Shown: positions 48,408 through 57,770 of the stretch, one piece after another
How the letters are laid out: every line of letters starts with the position of its first letter
Position numbering within the stretch: the stretch's first letter is position 1
From: Fibrobacteria bacterium
Lineage (GTDB): Bacteria; Fibrobacterota; Fibrobacteria; UBA11236
Reading direction: 5' to 3'
Assembly: GCA_043732185.1 (NCBI GenBank)
Contig: JAYTHY010000074.1
Location: 20,851 to 84,850 of the forward strand
DNA: 64,000 bases
Position numbers and translations under genes: made by a program
The notes under the pieces: generated by a model
What the model was told of the DNA's origin: nothing
Seen by the model: only the letters and a program-made list of their open reading frames with translations
Databases searched by the model: none

Positions 48408-49187
48408 CTAAGCTCCGCACAGCATGTAACCGAGGAGCGGTTGGCATTTGTCCACGCAGGATGAATAGAAGCTTCCTTCTACTCGATCTCCGGACACGGT
48501 GGTCTTTCCCCAGAAGAACTCCGCAATACTAACCGGTTTCAAATTATTTCGAGCAGCATGGTTCAAGAGTTTGGGGGCGCAACAATCTCCGGTTCCCGTA
48601 GGCATTCCCTTGATGGGATGGAATGCGTCCGCTAAAGACCGTTTGGCATTTCTAAAATTGGGCACTTCATAGAGTGCCTGAAGCTTGCTCAAGATGACAT
48701 GTGATACCGTTTTTCTTTCCGCCACGCGCAAGGCAAGGCTCCGCGAACCCTTTTCCAACGTTTTGATAATTTCGGTTAAGGGATGGATTTCGATATCGCC
48801 CTCCCTAATGCCCGCCGTCATTGCTTCCGCATCAAAAAGCGGTGCTACCCAACCGGAAACATTCCAAATGCCGTTATATTTGGAAGAAAACGCGCGGAGC
48901 ACCACTTCTTTACCCATGGCGTCATCGCAAACCAAAACGCCCATCATTTTTCCACGCGAGGCACCGTATAAATATGCGGTCGACAGGCGCGGGTCCGCTT
49001 CCTCAATAGGAAGATCAAAATCCATGCGGCCATGGATGGCCAGTTGTTTCATGAGCGTCGTGCAGTGGATGAGGGCCCGAGCCGAGGGCAATGCGTGGAC
49101 GATATTGCAGTCCTTACAATAGCCGAAACAACCTTCTGGTTTTGAAACTGGCTTGGGCATCCTTGCAATTCTCTTTCTCGAAATCAA
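48408..49187 (-). CDS. hypothetical conserved protein (Cys-rich N-terminus CFGYCKDCNIVHA)
   Basis: 259-aa ORF with coding-like composition. No family recognised. The likely start is MPKPVSKPEGC at about 49160. The 3-prime end overlaps the epimerase start by about 13 nt. Confidence 0.4.
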   Translation of the reverse strand: MISRKRIARMPKPVSKPEGCFGYCKDCNIVHALPSARALIHCTTLMKQLAIHGRMDFDLPIEEADPRLSTAYLYGASRGKMMGVLVCDDAMGKEVVLRAFSSKYNGIWNVSGWVAPLFDAEAMTAGIREGDIEIHPLTEIIKTLEKGSRSLALRVAERKTVSHVILSKLQALYEVPNFRNAKRSLADAFHPIKGMPTGTGDCCAPKLLNHAARNNLKPVSIAEFFWGKTTVSGDRVEGSFYSSCVDKCQPLLGYMLCGA

Positions 49188-49272
49188 TGGGATGGGACTT
49201 AATTCACGCAGAATAATTATACGCTAAATCCTACCAAATCAAACTTTTTTACATAAATTGAGGTGAAATCCC

Positions 49273-49812
49273 GTGGCACAACCTTCCCTACTCTATCGAT
49301 TCCACATCAATTTTTCCGACATCGATCTGGGTATTTACAAATCATTTGATTTGCGATTGGCCATGCATCCTTCCGAATCGCATGCCTATTTACTGACGCG
49401 TCTCCTCGCCTTTGTTCTCAACGATCGGGAGTATTTGGAATTCGCGGCGGAAGGCTTGGGAGATCCGGATGCACCCGGTATTAATGCCACCACTCCAAAT
49501 GGTGAAATTCTGTTATGGATCGAAATCGGAAATCCTAGCGCCAAAAAATTGCATAAAGCCGCCAAGGCAGCTAGACAGGTCAAGGTTTATACCTATAAGG
49601 ATCCGGAGACATTGCTGAAGGAGATTCGGAATAATAAGGTCTATCATGCCGAGTCCATCGAGATATTTTCCATCGATCCCAAAGTCCTGGAAAGACTGGC
49701 AGGTCGCCTGGAAAGAAAAAATACCTGGGATATCCTCCTCAATGATGGCGGCCTAAATATCAGTATCGGGGATGCAACCGAGGCCACGGAGCTGGTCAAA
49801 CACCAAGCCTAA
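49273..49812 (+). CDS. yaeQ: YaeQ-family protein
   Basis: MAQPSLLYRFHINFSDIDLGIYKSFDLRLAMHPSESHAYLLTRLLAFVLND..LEF..GL..PD..L..GEILLWIEIGNPSAKKLHKA..A..VKVYTY is collinear with E. coli YaeQ. Confidence 0.85.
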   Translation: MAQPSLLYRFHINFSDIDLGIYKSFDLRLAMHPSESHAYLLTRLLAFVLNDREYLEFAAEGLGDPDAPGINATTPNGEILLWIEIGNPSAKKLHKAAKAARQVKVYTYKDPETLLKEIRNNKVYHAESIEIFSIDPKVLERLAGRLERKNTWDILLNDGGLNISIGDATEATELVKHQA

Positions 49813-49916
49813 ACCGGGCAGCCCAAATGGGTGTAAAAATATCCGACAGAAATTGGGAATTTTTACATCAATCGTTTACTCCATGGATATTTTGAGCCAT
49901 TTGACCCGCGATACAT

Positions 49917-49931
49917 TGGCACAGTTCTTGA
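49917..49931 (+). promoter_or_regulatory. candidate sigma-54 (-24/-12) promoter for the PEP-CTERM gene
   Basis: TGGCAC-agttc-TTGA. The -24 GG element is perfect with correct 5-nt spacing to TTG, but the -12 element reads GA instead of GC. It sits about 37 nt upstream of the ATG at 49968, with AGGAGAA between. PEP-CTERM genes are often sigma-54/EBP regulated. Confidence 0.4.
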
Positions 49932-49967
49932 TGTATTAGAAAGCTCACACATTCAGGAGAATTGATA

Positions 49968-50657
49968 ATGTTTACTTTGCGTTCCGTAGCTACCTCACTT
50001 GCAACCCTTACCCTGGTGGCTGCGGCCTCTTACGCCGACCCCGTTATCGGAACCAGCTCGGGCATTTTCCAAAACCCCACGGGTCCGGGCGGCATGGTGA
50101 CCCATGGTACCGGCACCAACCACTTTGACTGGGGCACAGGCATCGGCACCGGCCCAAGCAGCTTGGACTTCTCCGGCACACCTTTCTCCACGGAAACGGG
50201 ATCCATTTTTGCATTCGGCAACTTGGACTACTTCAATGGCACAATCGCAAGCACAAGCGGAGCGAATGGCGTTGATTTCTTGGTCACCTTGGCTCTCACC
50301 ACTCCCGTTAATACGGAGTCTTTCGACTTTGCCTTCAATCTTCTCAATACAGTAAACACCTCGGATCCTTTGGCTAGTGCTGATATCGTTGAGCTTAATG
50401 GAGCCTTCTCCACCAGCTCGTTCAACTACTTGGGAACCGATTACACCTTGGAATTCCTCGGATTCGGAACCATCGTAGGTTCCGGCTACACCACCGTGAA
50501 CCAGTTCCACGTGCTTGAGAGCGGTTCCGCCAACGCCCAGCTTTTGGGTCGTATCACCGCTGCCCCTGCAACCGTACCAGAACCCGGCACCATTGCCTTG
50601 TTTGGAATCGGTCTCTTGGGAATGGGAATTCTGGCCGCTCGTCGTCGCCGCGCTTAA
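49968..50657 (+). CDS. PEP-CTERM sorting-domain protein (exosortase substrate)
   Basis: Signal peptide MFTLRSVATSLATLTLVAAASYA, Gly/Thr-rich body, C-terminal ..AAPATVPEPGTIALFGIGLLGMGILAARRRRA (PEP motif, TM helix, Arg cluster). ATG at 49968 with an AGGAG ribosome-binding site; the track ORF starts at TTG 49962. Confidence 0.88.
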   Translation: MFTLRSVATSLATLTLVAAASYADPVIGTSSGIFQNPTGPGGMVTHGTGTNHFDWGTGIGTGPSSLDFSGTPFSTETGSIFAFGNLDYFNGTIASTSGANGVDFLVTLALTTPVNTESFDFAFNLLNTVNTSDPLASADIVELNGAFSTSSFNYLGTDYTLEFLGFGTIVGSGYTTVNQFHVLESGSANAQLLGRITAAPATVPEPGTIALFGIGLLGMGILAARRRRA

Positions 50658-50681
50658 TTCAAAACTCCATAATCCTCATGA

Positions 50682-50709
50682 AAAGCACCGGGTAACCGGT
50701 GCTTTTTTT
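50682..50709 (+). terminator. rho-independent terminator after the PEP-CTERM gene
   Basis: agcaccgg-gtaa-ccggtgct (perfect 8-bp stem, 4-nt loop) followed by ttttttt. Confidence 0.85.
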
Positions 50710-50811
50710 ATTTCAACCAGTTAGAGCCCTCTTATTAGATTTATGAATCAGAGGGGGATAATGATTAGCTTTTACCCCGATGTTTCCAATCCATTCTAAC
50801 AGGAGGCTCCC

Positions 50812-51444
50812 ATGAAAATACTGAAAAACATTTTGTTCGGACTCATCGCACTCATCGTCCTTGCATCCGCAATTGGTTTGATGGCGCTCCCCAGAATCAC
50901 CAACGTGCAACGCTCCCTGGTCATGCAGGCTCCAGCCGAAGTCATCTTTGATCAAGTAAACGACCTCAAAAAGAATGAAGCCTGGTCGCCGTGGAAGGAC
51001 CCGACTATGGTGATTACCTATGGCTCTGTAACTGCGGGCAAAGGGGCCAGTTCCAGTTGGGTTTCGAAAAAAATGGGCACCGGCACCATGACGATTGCCG
51101 AAACGGTTCCTTCCACTGCCATAAACATAGACTTGAACTTTGGTGCCATGGGTACGGCTAAGGCCCTATGGACATTTACTGCGGAAGGTGACAACGTAAA
51201 TGTAACAGAGACCATGACCAGCGATGCGGGCATGAATCCAGCCAAGCGTTGGATGAGTTTGTTGTCGGATAAGATGGTAGGGCCCGCTTTCGAAAAGGGT
51301 TTAGCCTCCTTGAAGCAGATTTCGGAATCTCGGGCAGCCGAAATCAAAGCCGAGCAAGCCACTGAGCAAGCAGCGCTGGTTCCAACTGATGAGACAGCCC
51401 CAGCCGCAGCAGCTGCAGCCGCACCTGCCGGTTCAGCGCACTAG
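50812..51444 (+). CDS. membrane-anchored SRPBCC (START/polyketide-cyclase-like) family protein
   Basis: N-terminal TM ILFGLIALIVLASAIGLMAL. The body has the SRPBCC-like pattern (..RSLVMQAPAEVIFDQVNDLKKNEAWSPW..). Ala/Pro-rich tail. Confidence 0.5.
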   Translation: MKILKNILFGLIALIVLASAIGLMALPRITNVQRSLVMQAPAEVIFDQVNDLKKNEAWSPWKDPTMVITYGSVTAGKGASSSWVSKKMGTGTMTIAETVPSTAINIDLNFGAMGTAKALWTFTAEGDNVNVTETMTSDAGMNPAKRWMSLLSDKMVGPAFEKGLASLKQISESRAAEIKAEQATEQAALVPTDETAPAAAAAAAPAGSAH

Positions 51445-51631
51445 ACATCAAACCGGTATTTGGCGCGCCTTTCCCTATGGGGCAGGCACGCCTATATTGC
51501 CTTGTCGCGTTTGAGCAGCCAAGCCATGAAGAGGTGGAAGCTGATGACAAAAATCAGCAGGGGCGCATCGTTCATCCTCATCAAAAAGCCACGCATAAAG
51601 TGCAGGCTGTAAGTTGACTTCTATCAACCGG

Positions 51632-53071
51632 CTAAACCCGCAGCGCTTCCTGATCCAAGGTTTTCCAGTCCGATTGCTTAGCAAGCACCGGTTCCACTTC
51701 TTGCGTTAAAAACTCTTCGGTGATCTCCGCAGACCGTCCGGTGAATTGGGTCGGATCGAGCAAGGCCTTGATGGCTTGGGCATCCATGCCAAAGGCGGGA
51801 TCGGCTGCAATACGCGTCATGAGGTCGTTGTCCAGTCCTTCCTGCTTCACCTGTTTTGCCGCCGCTAGGGAATGCTTGCGAATCGACTCGTGTAAATCTT
51901 GCCGATTGCCTCCCGCTTTCACTCCAGCCATGAGAATATTCTCTGTCGCCATAAAGGGCAGCTCGGCCAACACATGCCGGGCGATGATTTTGGGGTACAC
52001 CACCAAACCTTGCGAAATATTTTCCGCTAGGATCAACATGGCATCAATGGCTAGAAAAGCCTGCGGGATAGAGAGGCGCTTATTGGCAGAATCATCCAAT
52101 GTCCGTTCAAACCATTGCGTGGAAGCCGTGAAGGCCGTGCTGGAAACCTGGGCTTGCACAAATCTGGCCAGGGACCCGATGCGCTCGGCACGCATGGGAT
52201 TGCGCTTGTAGGCCATGGCGGAGGAGCCGATTTGGTCGGCCTCAAAAGGCTCCTCGATTTCCTTGAGGCTTTGCAAGAGCCGCAGGTCGGTGGTGAACTT
52301 GGCCAAGGATTGGGAAATATTGGAAAGCACCGCCAGTACTTTGGAGTCGAGTTTGCGGGTGTAGGTTTGGCCCGAAACTCCCAAACTCCGTGCGAAACCG
52401 GCCTTGCGCGTGACGCTTTCATCCAAGGCTTTGACCTTGGCATGATCGCCGTCAAAGAGTTCCAGGAAGCTGGCTTGCGTGCCGGTAGTGCCTTTTACAC
52501 CTAGGAAAGGCAATCCGTCTGAAACGAAATTAAGCTCTTCCAAATCCAGCAGCAGGTCCTGAATCCACAGACAAGCCCGTTTGCCAACAGTCGTCAATTG
52601 AGCGGGCTGAAAATGGGTGAAGCCCAAGGTAGGCATGGTTTTGTACTGCCGGGCAAAATCGGAAAGAGCGGCGATGACGCGCAGAATGCGGCGGCGCGTC
52701 AAGTCCAGGGCGGCGCGCGCCTGGATGAGATCGGTATTGTCGGTGACATAGGCGGAGGTGGCTCCTAAATGGATGATACCGGCGGCTTGCGGGCATTGAA
52801 GCCCGTAGGCGTGGACATGGGCCATGACATCGTGACGGACAATTTTTTCCCGTTTTTCCGCTTCCGCGAAATTGATGGTCTTTTCCGCAAGGCGCAGCTC
52901 TGCGATTTGGGCGGACGTGATGCCTAGTCCCAACTCCTTTTCAGCTTCGGCGAGCAGGATCCAAAGATGTCGCCAGGTTTGGAATTTGAACTGGGGGGAA
53001 AATAAAAATCCCATTTTGGCCGAGGCATAGCGCTTGATAAGCGGGTTTTCATAGGTTTGATACTCTTGCAT
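51632..53071 (-). CDS. purB: adenylosuccinate lyase
   Basis: ..[17 protein letters not shown].. (fumarate-lyase loop), ..[17 protein letters not shown].. (signature GSxxMxxKxN). Start [17 protein letters not shown] matches the PurB N-terminus (..RY). Confidence 0.93.
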   Translation of the reverse strand: MQEYQTYENPLIKRYASAKMGFLFSPQFKFQTWRHLWILLAEAEKELGLGITSAQIAELRLAEKTINFAEAEKREKIVRHDVMAHVHAYGLQCPQAAGIIHLGATSAYVTDNTDLIQARAALDLTRRRILRVIAALSDFARQYKTMPTLGFTHFQPAQLTTVGKRACLWIQDLLLDLEELNFVSDGLPFLGVKGTTGTQASFLELFDGDHAKVKALDESVTRKAGFARSLGVSGQTYTRKLDSKVLAVLSNISQSLAKFTTDLRLLQSLKEIEEPFEADQIGSSAMAYKRNPMRAERIGSLARFVQAQVSSTAFTASTQWFERTLDDSANKRLSIPQAFLAIDAMLILAENISQGLVVYPKIIARHVLAELPFMATENILMAGVKAGGNRQDLHESIRKHSLAAAKQVKQEGLDNDLMTRIAADPAFGMDAQAIKALLDPTQFTGRSAEITEEFLTQEVEPVLAKQSDWKTLDQEALRV

Positions 53072-53175
53072 GTCTAATCGTCCATTCTGTCTTTTGTCCC
53101 CAAAATAGCTCATGATCCCATAAGCGGAAAGTCACTGGAGGCGATCGGGAACGGGATGTTATTACTTTTTGAAAC

Positions 53176-54099
53176 ATGGACAGGTTTTCCCTCCGAATCC
53201 TCGGTTATTGCCTCCTTGCCTTGACCCTTTTCCGAGGTAATGCCAACGCTACCCCACTCGGTTGTCAGGCCCCGCCCCCAAAGGCTCAACCTCTGCTTCC
53301 CGGTATCCATGTCTCTGCATGCACCGCGCTTGATTCCACAGCCTATCCGCCTACTTCCGGCAGGCATTTTGGAGCCTGGGCTGATTTCAAGATATACACA
53401 CAGCCGGTGACGCCCGGCTATTGGCTGCATAGCGCCGAACACGGGGCCGTAGTTATACTCTACAATTGTCCTCAAGGCTGTCCCCAAGCTATCGAGGCGA
53501 TTACGACCCTTATCCATTCGCTTCCGCAAGATCCCCTTTGCCTGTCGACTTCCTCTAACAAAACGGAACGCCGGGTAATTTTGGCGCCGGATAGACGGAT
53601 GGATTCCACCTTTGCCATGGTCGCCTGGGGCTGGTCTTTGACTACGAACTGTTTGGATACCGCCGCCATGCGCGCCTTTTACACCGACCATTTTGGCAAA
53701 GCCACCGAAAACCTATGCTATAGCGGTGTCGACTCTTCCAGCTCACATTGGTGCAATGAACCAACGGTCGGCATTAAATCCAAGGCTCGCGGTTTGCACA
53801 TGGACAGAGGCATGCACTTGGACAGGGGCGTGCTGCCTTCGGGTATTCTCTGGGAAGGATCGTTGTCCGAACGGGTGCAGCTCTCTCTGGAGATTTCTAC
53901 GGCAACGGGCACGCGGCTCAAAACTGTTCCGCTTGGTCTGGCCGGACCAGGTCCAGCACAAGCTGTTTGGAAAAATTCCTTTTGTCAAAATGCCAGTACG
54001 AGCTGTGCCACAGGCGTCCTATGCAGAGTTGTATCCACTGGTTCTGGGTCTGGTTCCCATGTACTGGTTGAAAAATTCATTTTACCTTTTCGGCCCTGA
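53176..54099 (+). CDS. DUF3105-like secreted protein with an unusual C-terminal extension
   Basis: Signal peptide MDRFSLRILGYCLLALTLF. Core ..YWLHSAEHGAVVILYNCPQGCP..RVILAP..MVAWGW resembles DUF3105 (H..EHG.V...Y). The last ~110 codons (53750 on) have odd composition, carry a tandem 18-nt repeat (MDRGMH/LDRGVL), and are overlapped by an alternative-frame ORF (53693..54109), so the true 3-prime end is uncertain. Confidence 0.5.
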   Translation: MDRFSLRILGYCLLALTLFRGNANATPLGCQAPPPKAQPLLPGIHVSACTALDSTAYPPTSGRHFGAWADFKIYTQPVTPGYWLHSAEHGAVVILYNCPQGCPQAIEAITTLIHSLPQDPLCLSTSSNKTERRVILAPDRRMDSTFAMVAWGWSLTTNCLDTAAMRAFYTDHFGKATENLCYSGVDSSSSHWCNEPTVGIKSKARGLHMDRGMHLDRGVLPSGILWEGSLSERVQLSLEISTATGTRLKTVPLGLAGPGPAQAVWKNSFCQNASTSCATGVLCRVVSTGSGSGSHVLVEKFILPFRP

Positions 54100-54188
54100 T
54101 CGCAATTAATTCGGTGTTTTAAAAGCTCGCAGCTAGGGCGTGCCACCGCCATGTTTCAGGATGTATACTGTCTGCTTACGGAGGAATC

Positions 54189-57100
54189 ATGATCGCATCG
54201 CAAACGCGCAACCGCCTTGGGTTTGAAGGAGGCGCTTCGCTAGCGCCCAATCCGGAGGAAATCGTTCCCGTCATTCATCTTAAAATGATGGCCACGGGTC
54301 TCGAACCCCCCACACACGGAGGCAAAGCGGAATTCACAGCGCTTACCGCCGATCTTATCCGCAAAATTCAGGCAAAGTTCCGCAGCTACCCACAGCCATT
54401 ATGCCCGTTGGACAAACGCATTCAGGAATTCCTCGACCAGAATTTCCAAGACGTAGGACTTCCCGGAAAATTGGAACTTCCTTTGCAAACCTTGCATCTG
54501 GATTTCCATGGTTTGGCCCGCGCCTTGTCCTTACCCGCCCAAGGCGATCGCTTTGATTCCGAATACGTAAAATCCTACCGGACCAGCCAAGGCGTGCTGC
54601 ACAATCCCGCTACCGACCGACGTACCACCAAAGGTACCTTTCATGTCGGTGAAGGAGGACTGCCTATCTCCGCTGACAAACTAGCCGTGCCCAAACAAAC
54701 TTTTGCGCGTTTGTTATGGCATGCGCTCCGTCCCACGGCCAACCTTATGGAACTTCCGTATACGCATGGTTCCAAAAAGCCGGCCCATGTATTCACTTCT
54801 CTTTTCATCCGACCCCTGGTCAGCCCGGAAGTGCCCGGCTTGCGGTCTTACAAAGACATGGAAATCCGTCTCTTTGCCCCGGCCAGTTTGGTTTCAAACC
54901 TGGACTTTGTGGAATCCATTTTCGGCAATGCTGGGGATCCGTACCTGCCGGAAAATGATGCTGGACTGGACCCGGAGCATTTTTCCGGGATGACGGGATG
55001 CATCATATTGGCGCCACAGCTGAAGGGACTCCGCAAGAAGGAGCTGGGCCTGCCGCATATTTCTGAAGCCACGGCCGCCCACAAGCGCGACGGCATGTGC
55101 TGGACCGATCCGGATGAGCTCTATAACGGCGGCAAAGCTTTCAAAGCCACCTTCCGCACCGCCGAAGGCGTGATCCTCACCTTGATCACGGACAACTATT
55201 TTGGGTATTGCAAAAAAGAAGTCAAGACCATGATGAGCTTTGCCTGCAACCTCATGGGCGGGAGTGAAGAAGAACACGCCGGCGGCGCCCTTATTTTTCC
55301 GAGCTACACTCTGGGGGATTTTACCCAGCACAATGCCTCTTATATTCGGCAGCGCGGTCATTCCTTCAAGCAAGTCCGGCGCTTATTGGGTGACAGTATT
55401 TCCGTACATGCCGACGGTTACGCGCGCGACAAACTTTTTCCACGCGTCGTGTATTTACCTGAAGATGCAGAAATTTTCCTATTAGATCAGCGCATCATTT
55501 GGAAAAAGGATGGCAAAGCGCGTTCCTTGCGGTTGCTGCCCGACCACCATTATGTTTATCCCAGCGGCTATAAGGTGCACATGGAGAAGCATCCCGACGC
55601 GCCAACGTGGCGTCTGATTGGAACGGTGGCTGAGGGTGTGCTCTGTCATAAACCCTGTACCGTTTCCGGTGGTGGAAAAAGTGAAATTTCCAAATCCATC
55701 TCCGACTCCATTCTCTATCGCACTTTCTATATCCACGATTTCAACAAGGATTTCGACGCGGCGGAAAAGGTCCTGCATCATGATTTTACCAAACGATTTC
55801 AAAAAGCACCCAAGAGCAAAGCCAAAGCCACCAGAGAAATCTTGAATGCAAGCCGCTCTTTGGGATCCGTAGTCCGCTTGTTGACGCCTTCTCCAGAATA
55901 CACGGCGGAATACAACCGCTGGCTTAAGAATATGCCTCCCTTAGTGCGATCTCTCGTCTTCACTATCAAGCGTTTTTACCGGCCCGAATGGGGCGATGAA
56001 ATCCGCTCCCATTTCAGTGTCGATATCGTCGACGGCAGACCGGGCCATGAATTGAGCTACAACCATAAAAAACTGGTGTCCAGTTATCTCAAAGTCGGTA
56101 TTGACGAAAACCGCAGTTGGCGGGTATTCCGCCTGCGCACCGATTTTGTTCCAGCCCAGAAACTCCAGGTTGAAGACGATATTACCGTATCAACGGTGTT
56201 ACCTGTAGAAGACGGCTTGCCCGGCGAAGTTGAAATCGCTGCGGGCGAGGCTCCCTTGGCAGGAAAATCCCGAACCAGTGGCGCCTACTCCCGAAAATTT
56301 GTGCAAAACTGCGAATACCGTCTTTTTCAAAGACCGGATGATGCCGTGCACCCAGGCCTCGATCGACAGGCAGAGAAAGATTTGTCCGCACCCCATAACT
56401 TCATGTCCAATTACGAACCCTTGACCAATGCGGATGTGCGCGAAATCCTGGAAGACGCCATTGTCCTCTCCCGGTTTACTCCACCGATGCGGCATGCCAT
56501 TGAAAAAGCCGCGGACCAATCGTCCAGTTACTTTGTCTGTTCGGCACGACCCCGCATGATCGATGGAAAACCCAGCGCTAATGTCCGTTACCTGCAAAAC
56601 CGACCGGACTTGGTAAATCCCTTTGCCATGCATTTAGCCGACGTGGGCATTAGGCTTAGGCGTAAGCTCACCGCCACCGAACCCGTTCTTAATCCAGTGA
56701 ATGCTGTGCTGATTGGCAGACGCAATAATCCACCAGAACCGGAAGCCGGTATCCGGCCTTTAGCGGTCTACAACCCGCTGCATTTTCAAGAATTGCCCGA
56801 GGCATTTATGGATTTCATTTCCAGCCCTACTGGCAAATCCCCTTCCACCACCGGAGCGGGATCGGAAGGCGCACTGACCAAAGGTCCCTTCAATGCCCTT
56901 TGGCCTACGGCGGATCTCAATGCCGCCTTGGTTTCATTCATCTTGACGGGACTTCAAGTATTCTCAACACCGGCCGGACATATCGGCGGAAACTACCGGG
57001 TGGATCATGATATGAGCTTGCTCATCCCGGAACTCTGGAGCCGCATGACGGCTGAAGAGCGGGATGCAGGAAAACTCATCAGCAATGGTTACCTATCCCG

Positions 57101-57692
57101 AATGAGCGATTTCCAATTCAAAGGCCGCCTCATTCCCGCTGGTAGACTTGGCTTTCGTATCAACGCCAGATTTGTGCATGCCTTCTTGGGCCGAATATTC
57201 TCGGATCCGTTGGCGGTCTTTCCGGAAGATATGTTGGAACCGGAAAAACAAAGCCAGGCCCACTTTGCGGACGGAGTGGAAAATATCGTCGCCACCCAAC
57301 AGGCTTCGGCCCAATTTTATTTCGAAGACGGCAGTATCGAAGCCGCCTGCCCGCCGTTGCAGGCGCTACTGCACATCATGACTAAAGGTTCCTGGGAAGG
57401 CAAAACGCTCCGCAGTCCGGAGCTTCGAAAAATGTTCACCCGCGAAGAAATGCTCAAGTCCGATTGGTACCACCAGCGACTGATTCGGCAAATGGAAAAG
57501 GATAAATCGCTATGGGAAAAACATAGGGCTTATCTCAAGGATTTCATCGGTAAGGATTCCAATCGAAAATCTGTCAGTCAATTGGGTCTTGCGCGGCGCC
57601 TTGCCTTGGTGGAAAAAAATATCCGTACAGTTAAGCAGTCGACCTATCTCAAATCTTTATCGGGAAGTTTGGGAGTGGATCCCATTCTCTAG
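54189..57692 (+). CDS. large (1167 aa) cytoplasmic protein of unknown function
   Basis: Uninterrupted ORF with a strong ribosome-binding site (GGAGGAATCATG). No signal peptide, no TM, no repeats. Coding composition is steady throughout. No motif I can assign confidently; there is a Gly-rich SGGGKSE segment and a YFGYCKKE segment. The size is close to the ~1100-1200 aa PPi-dependent PEP carboxykinase family; that link is unverified. Confidence 0.6.
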   Translation: MIASQTRNRLGFEGGASLAPNPEEIVPVIHLKMMATGLEPPTHGGKAEFTALTADLIRKIQAKFRSYPQPLCPLDKRIQEFLDQNFQDVGLPGKLELPLQTLHLDFHGLARALSLPAQGDRFDSEYVKSYRTSQGVLHNPATDRRTTKGTFHVGEGGLPISADKLAVPKQTFARLLWHALRPTANLMELPYTHGSKKPAHVFTSLFIRPLVSPEVPGLRSYKDMEIRLFAPASLVSNLDFVESIFGNAGDPYLPENDAGLDPEHFSGMTGCIILAPQLKGLRKKELGLPHISEATAAHKRDGMCWTDPDELYNGGKAFKATFRTAEGVILTLITDNYFGYCKKEVKTMMSFACNLMGGSEEEHAGGALIFPSYTLGDFTQHNASYIRQRGHSFKQVRRLLGDSISVHADGYARDKLFPRVVYLPEDAEIFLLDQRIIWKKDGKARSLRLLPDHHYVYPSGYKVHMEKHPDAPTWRLIGTVAEGVLCHKPCTVSGGGKSEISKSISDSILYRTFYIHDFNKDFDAAEKVLHHDFTKRFQKAPKSKAKATREILNASRSLGSVVRLLTPSPEYTAEYNRWLKNMPPLVRSLVFTIKRFYRPEWGDEIRSHFSVDIVDGRPGHELSYNHKKLVSSYLKVGIDENRSWRVFRLRTDFVPAQKLQVEDDITVSTVLPVEDGLPGEVEIAAGEAPLAGKSRTSGAYSRKFVQNCEYRLFQRPDDAVHPGLDRQAEKDLSAPHNFMSNYEPLTNADVREILEDAIVLSRFTPPMRHAIEKAADQSSSYFVCSARPRMIDGKPSANVRYLQNRPDLVNPFAMHLADVGIRLRRKLTATEPVLNPVNAVLIGRRNNPPEPEAGIRPLAVYNPLHFQELPEAFMDFISSPTGKSPSTTGAGSEGALTKGPFNALWPTADLNAALVSFILTGLQVFSTPAGHIGGNYRVDHDMSLLIPELWSRMTAEERDAGKLISNGYLSRMSDFQFKGRLIPAGRLGFRINARFVHAFLGRIFSDPLAVFPEDMLEPEKQSQAHFADGVENIVATQQASAQFYFEDGSIEAACPPLQALLHIMTKGSWEGKTLRSPELRKMFTREEMLKSDWYHQRLIRQMEKDKSLWEKHRAYLKDFIGKDSNRKSVSQLGLARRLALVEKNIRTVKQSTYLKSLSGSLGVDPIL

Positions 57693-57719
57693 ACATTATT
57701 TATAGACAGTATTTAAATA

Positions 57720-57754
57720 AGCCGGGCCGCATAATTTTCGGGCCCGGCTTTTTT
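57720..57754. terminator. bidirectional intrinsic terminator between convergent genes
   Basis: agccgggcc-(12 nt)-ggcccggct with a 9-bp perfect GC-rich stem, followed by tttttt on the plus strand and an A/T-rich tract on the other side. It lies between the 1167-aa gene (+) and the M23 peptidase gene (-). Confidence 0.75.
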
Positions 57755-57770
57755 GCTTCAGGCTGATTTT

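Noticed and set aside
53693-54109. 138-aa alternative-frame ORF overlapping the DUF3105 gene 3-prime region
   Set aside because: Not accepted as a gene because it has no ribosome-binding site or homology. It is retained only as a warning that the 3-prime end of the DUF3105 gene is uncertain (see findings).
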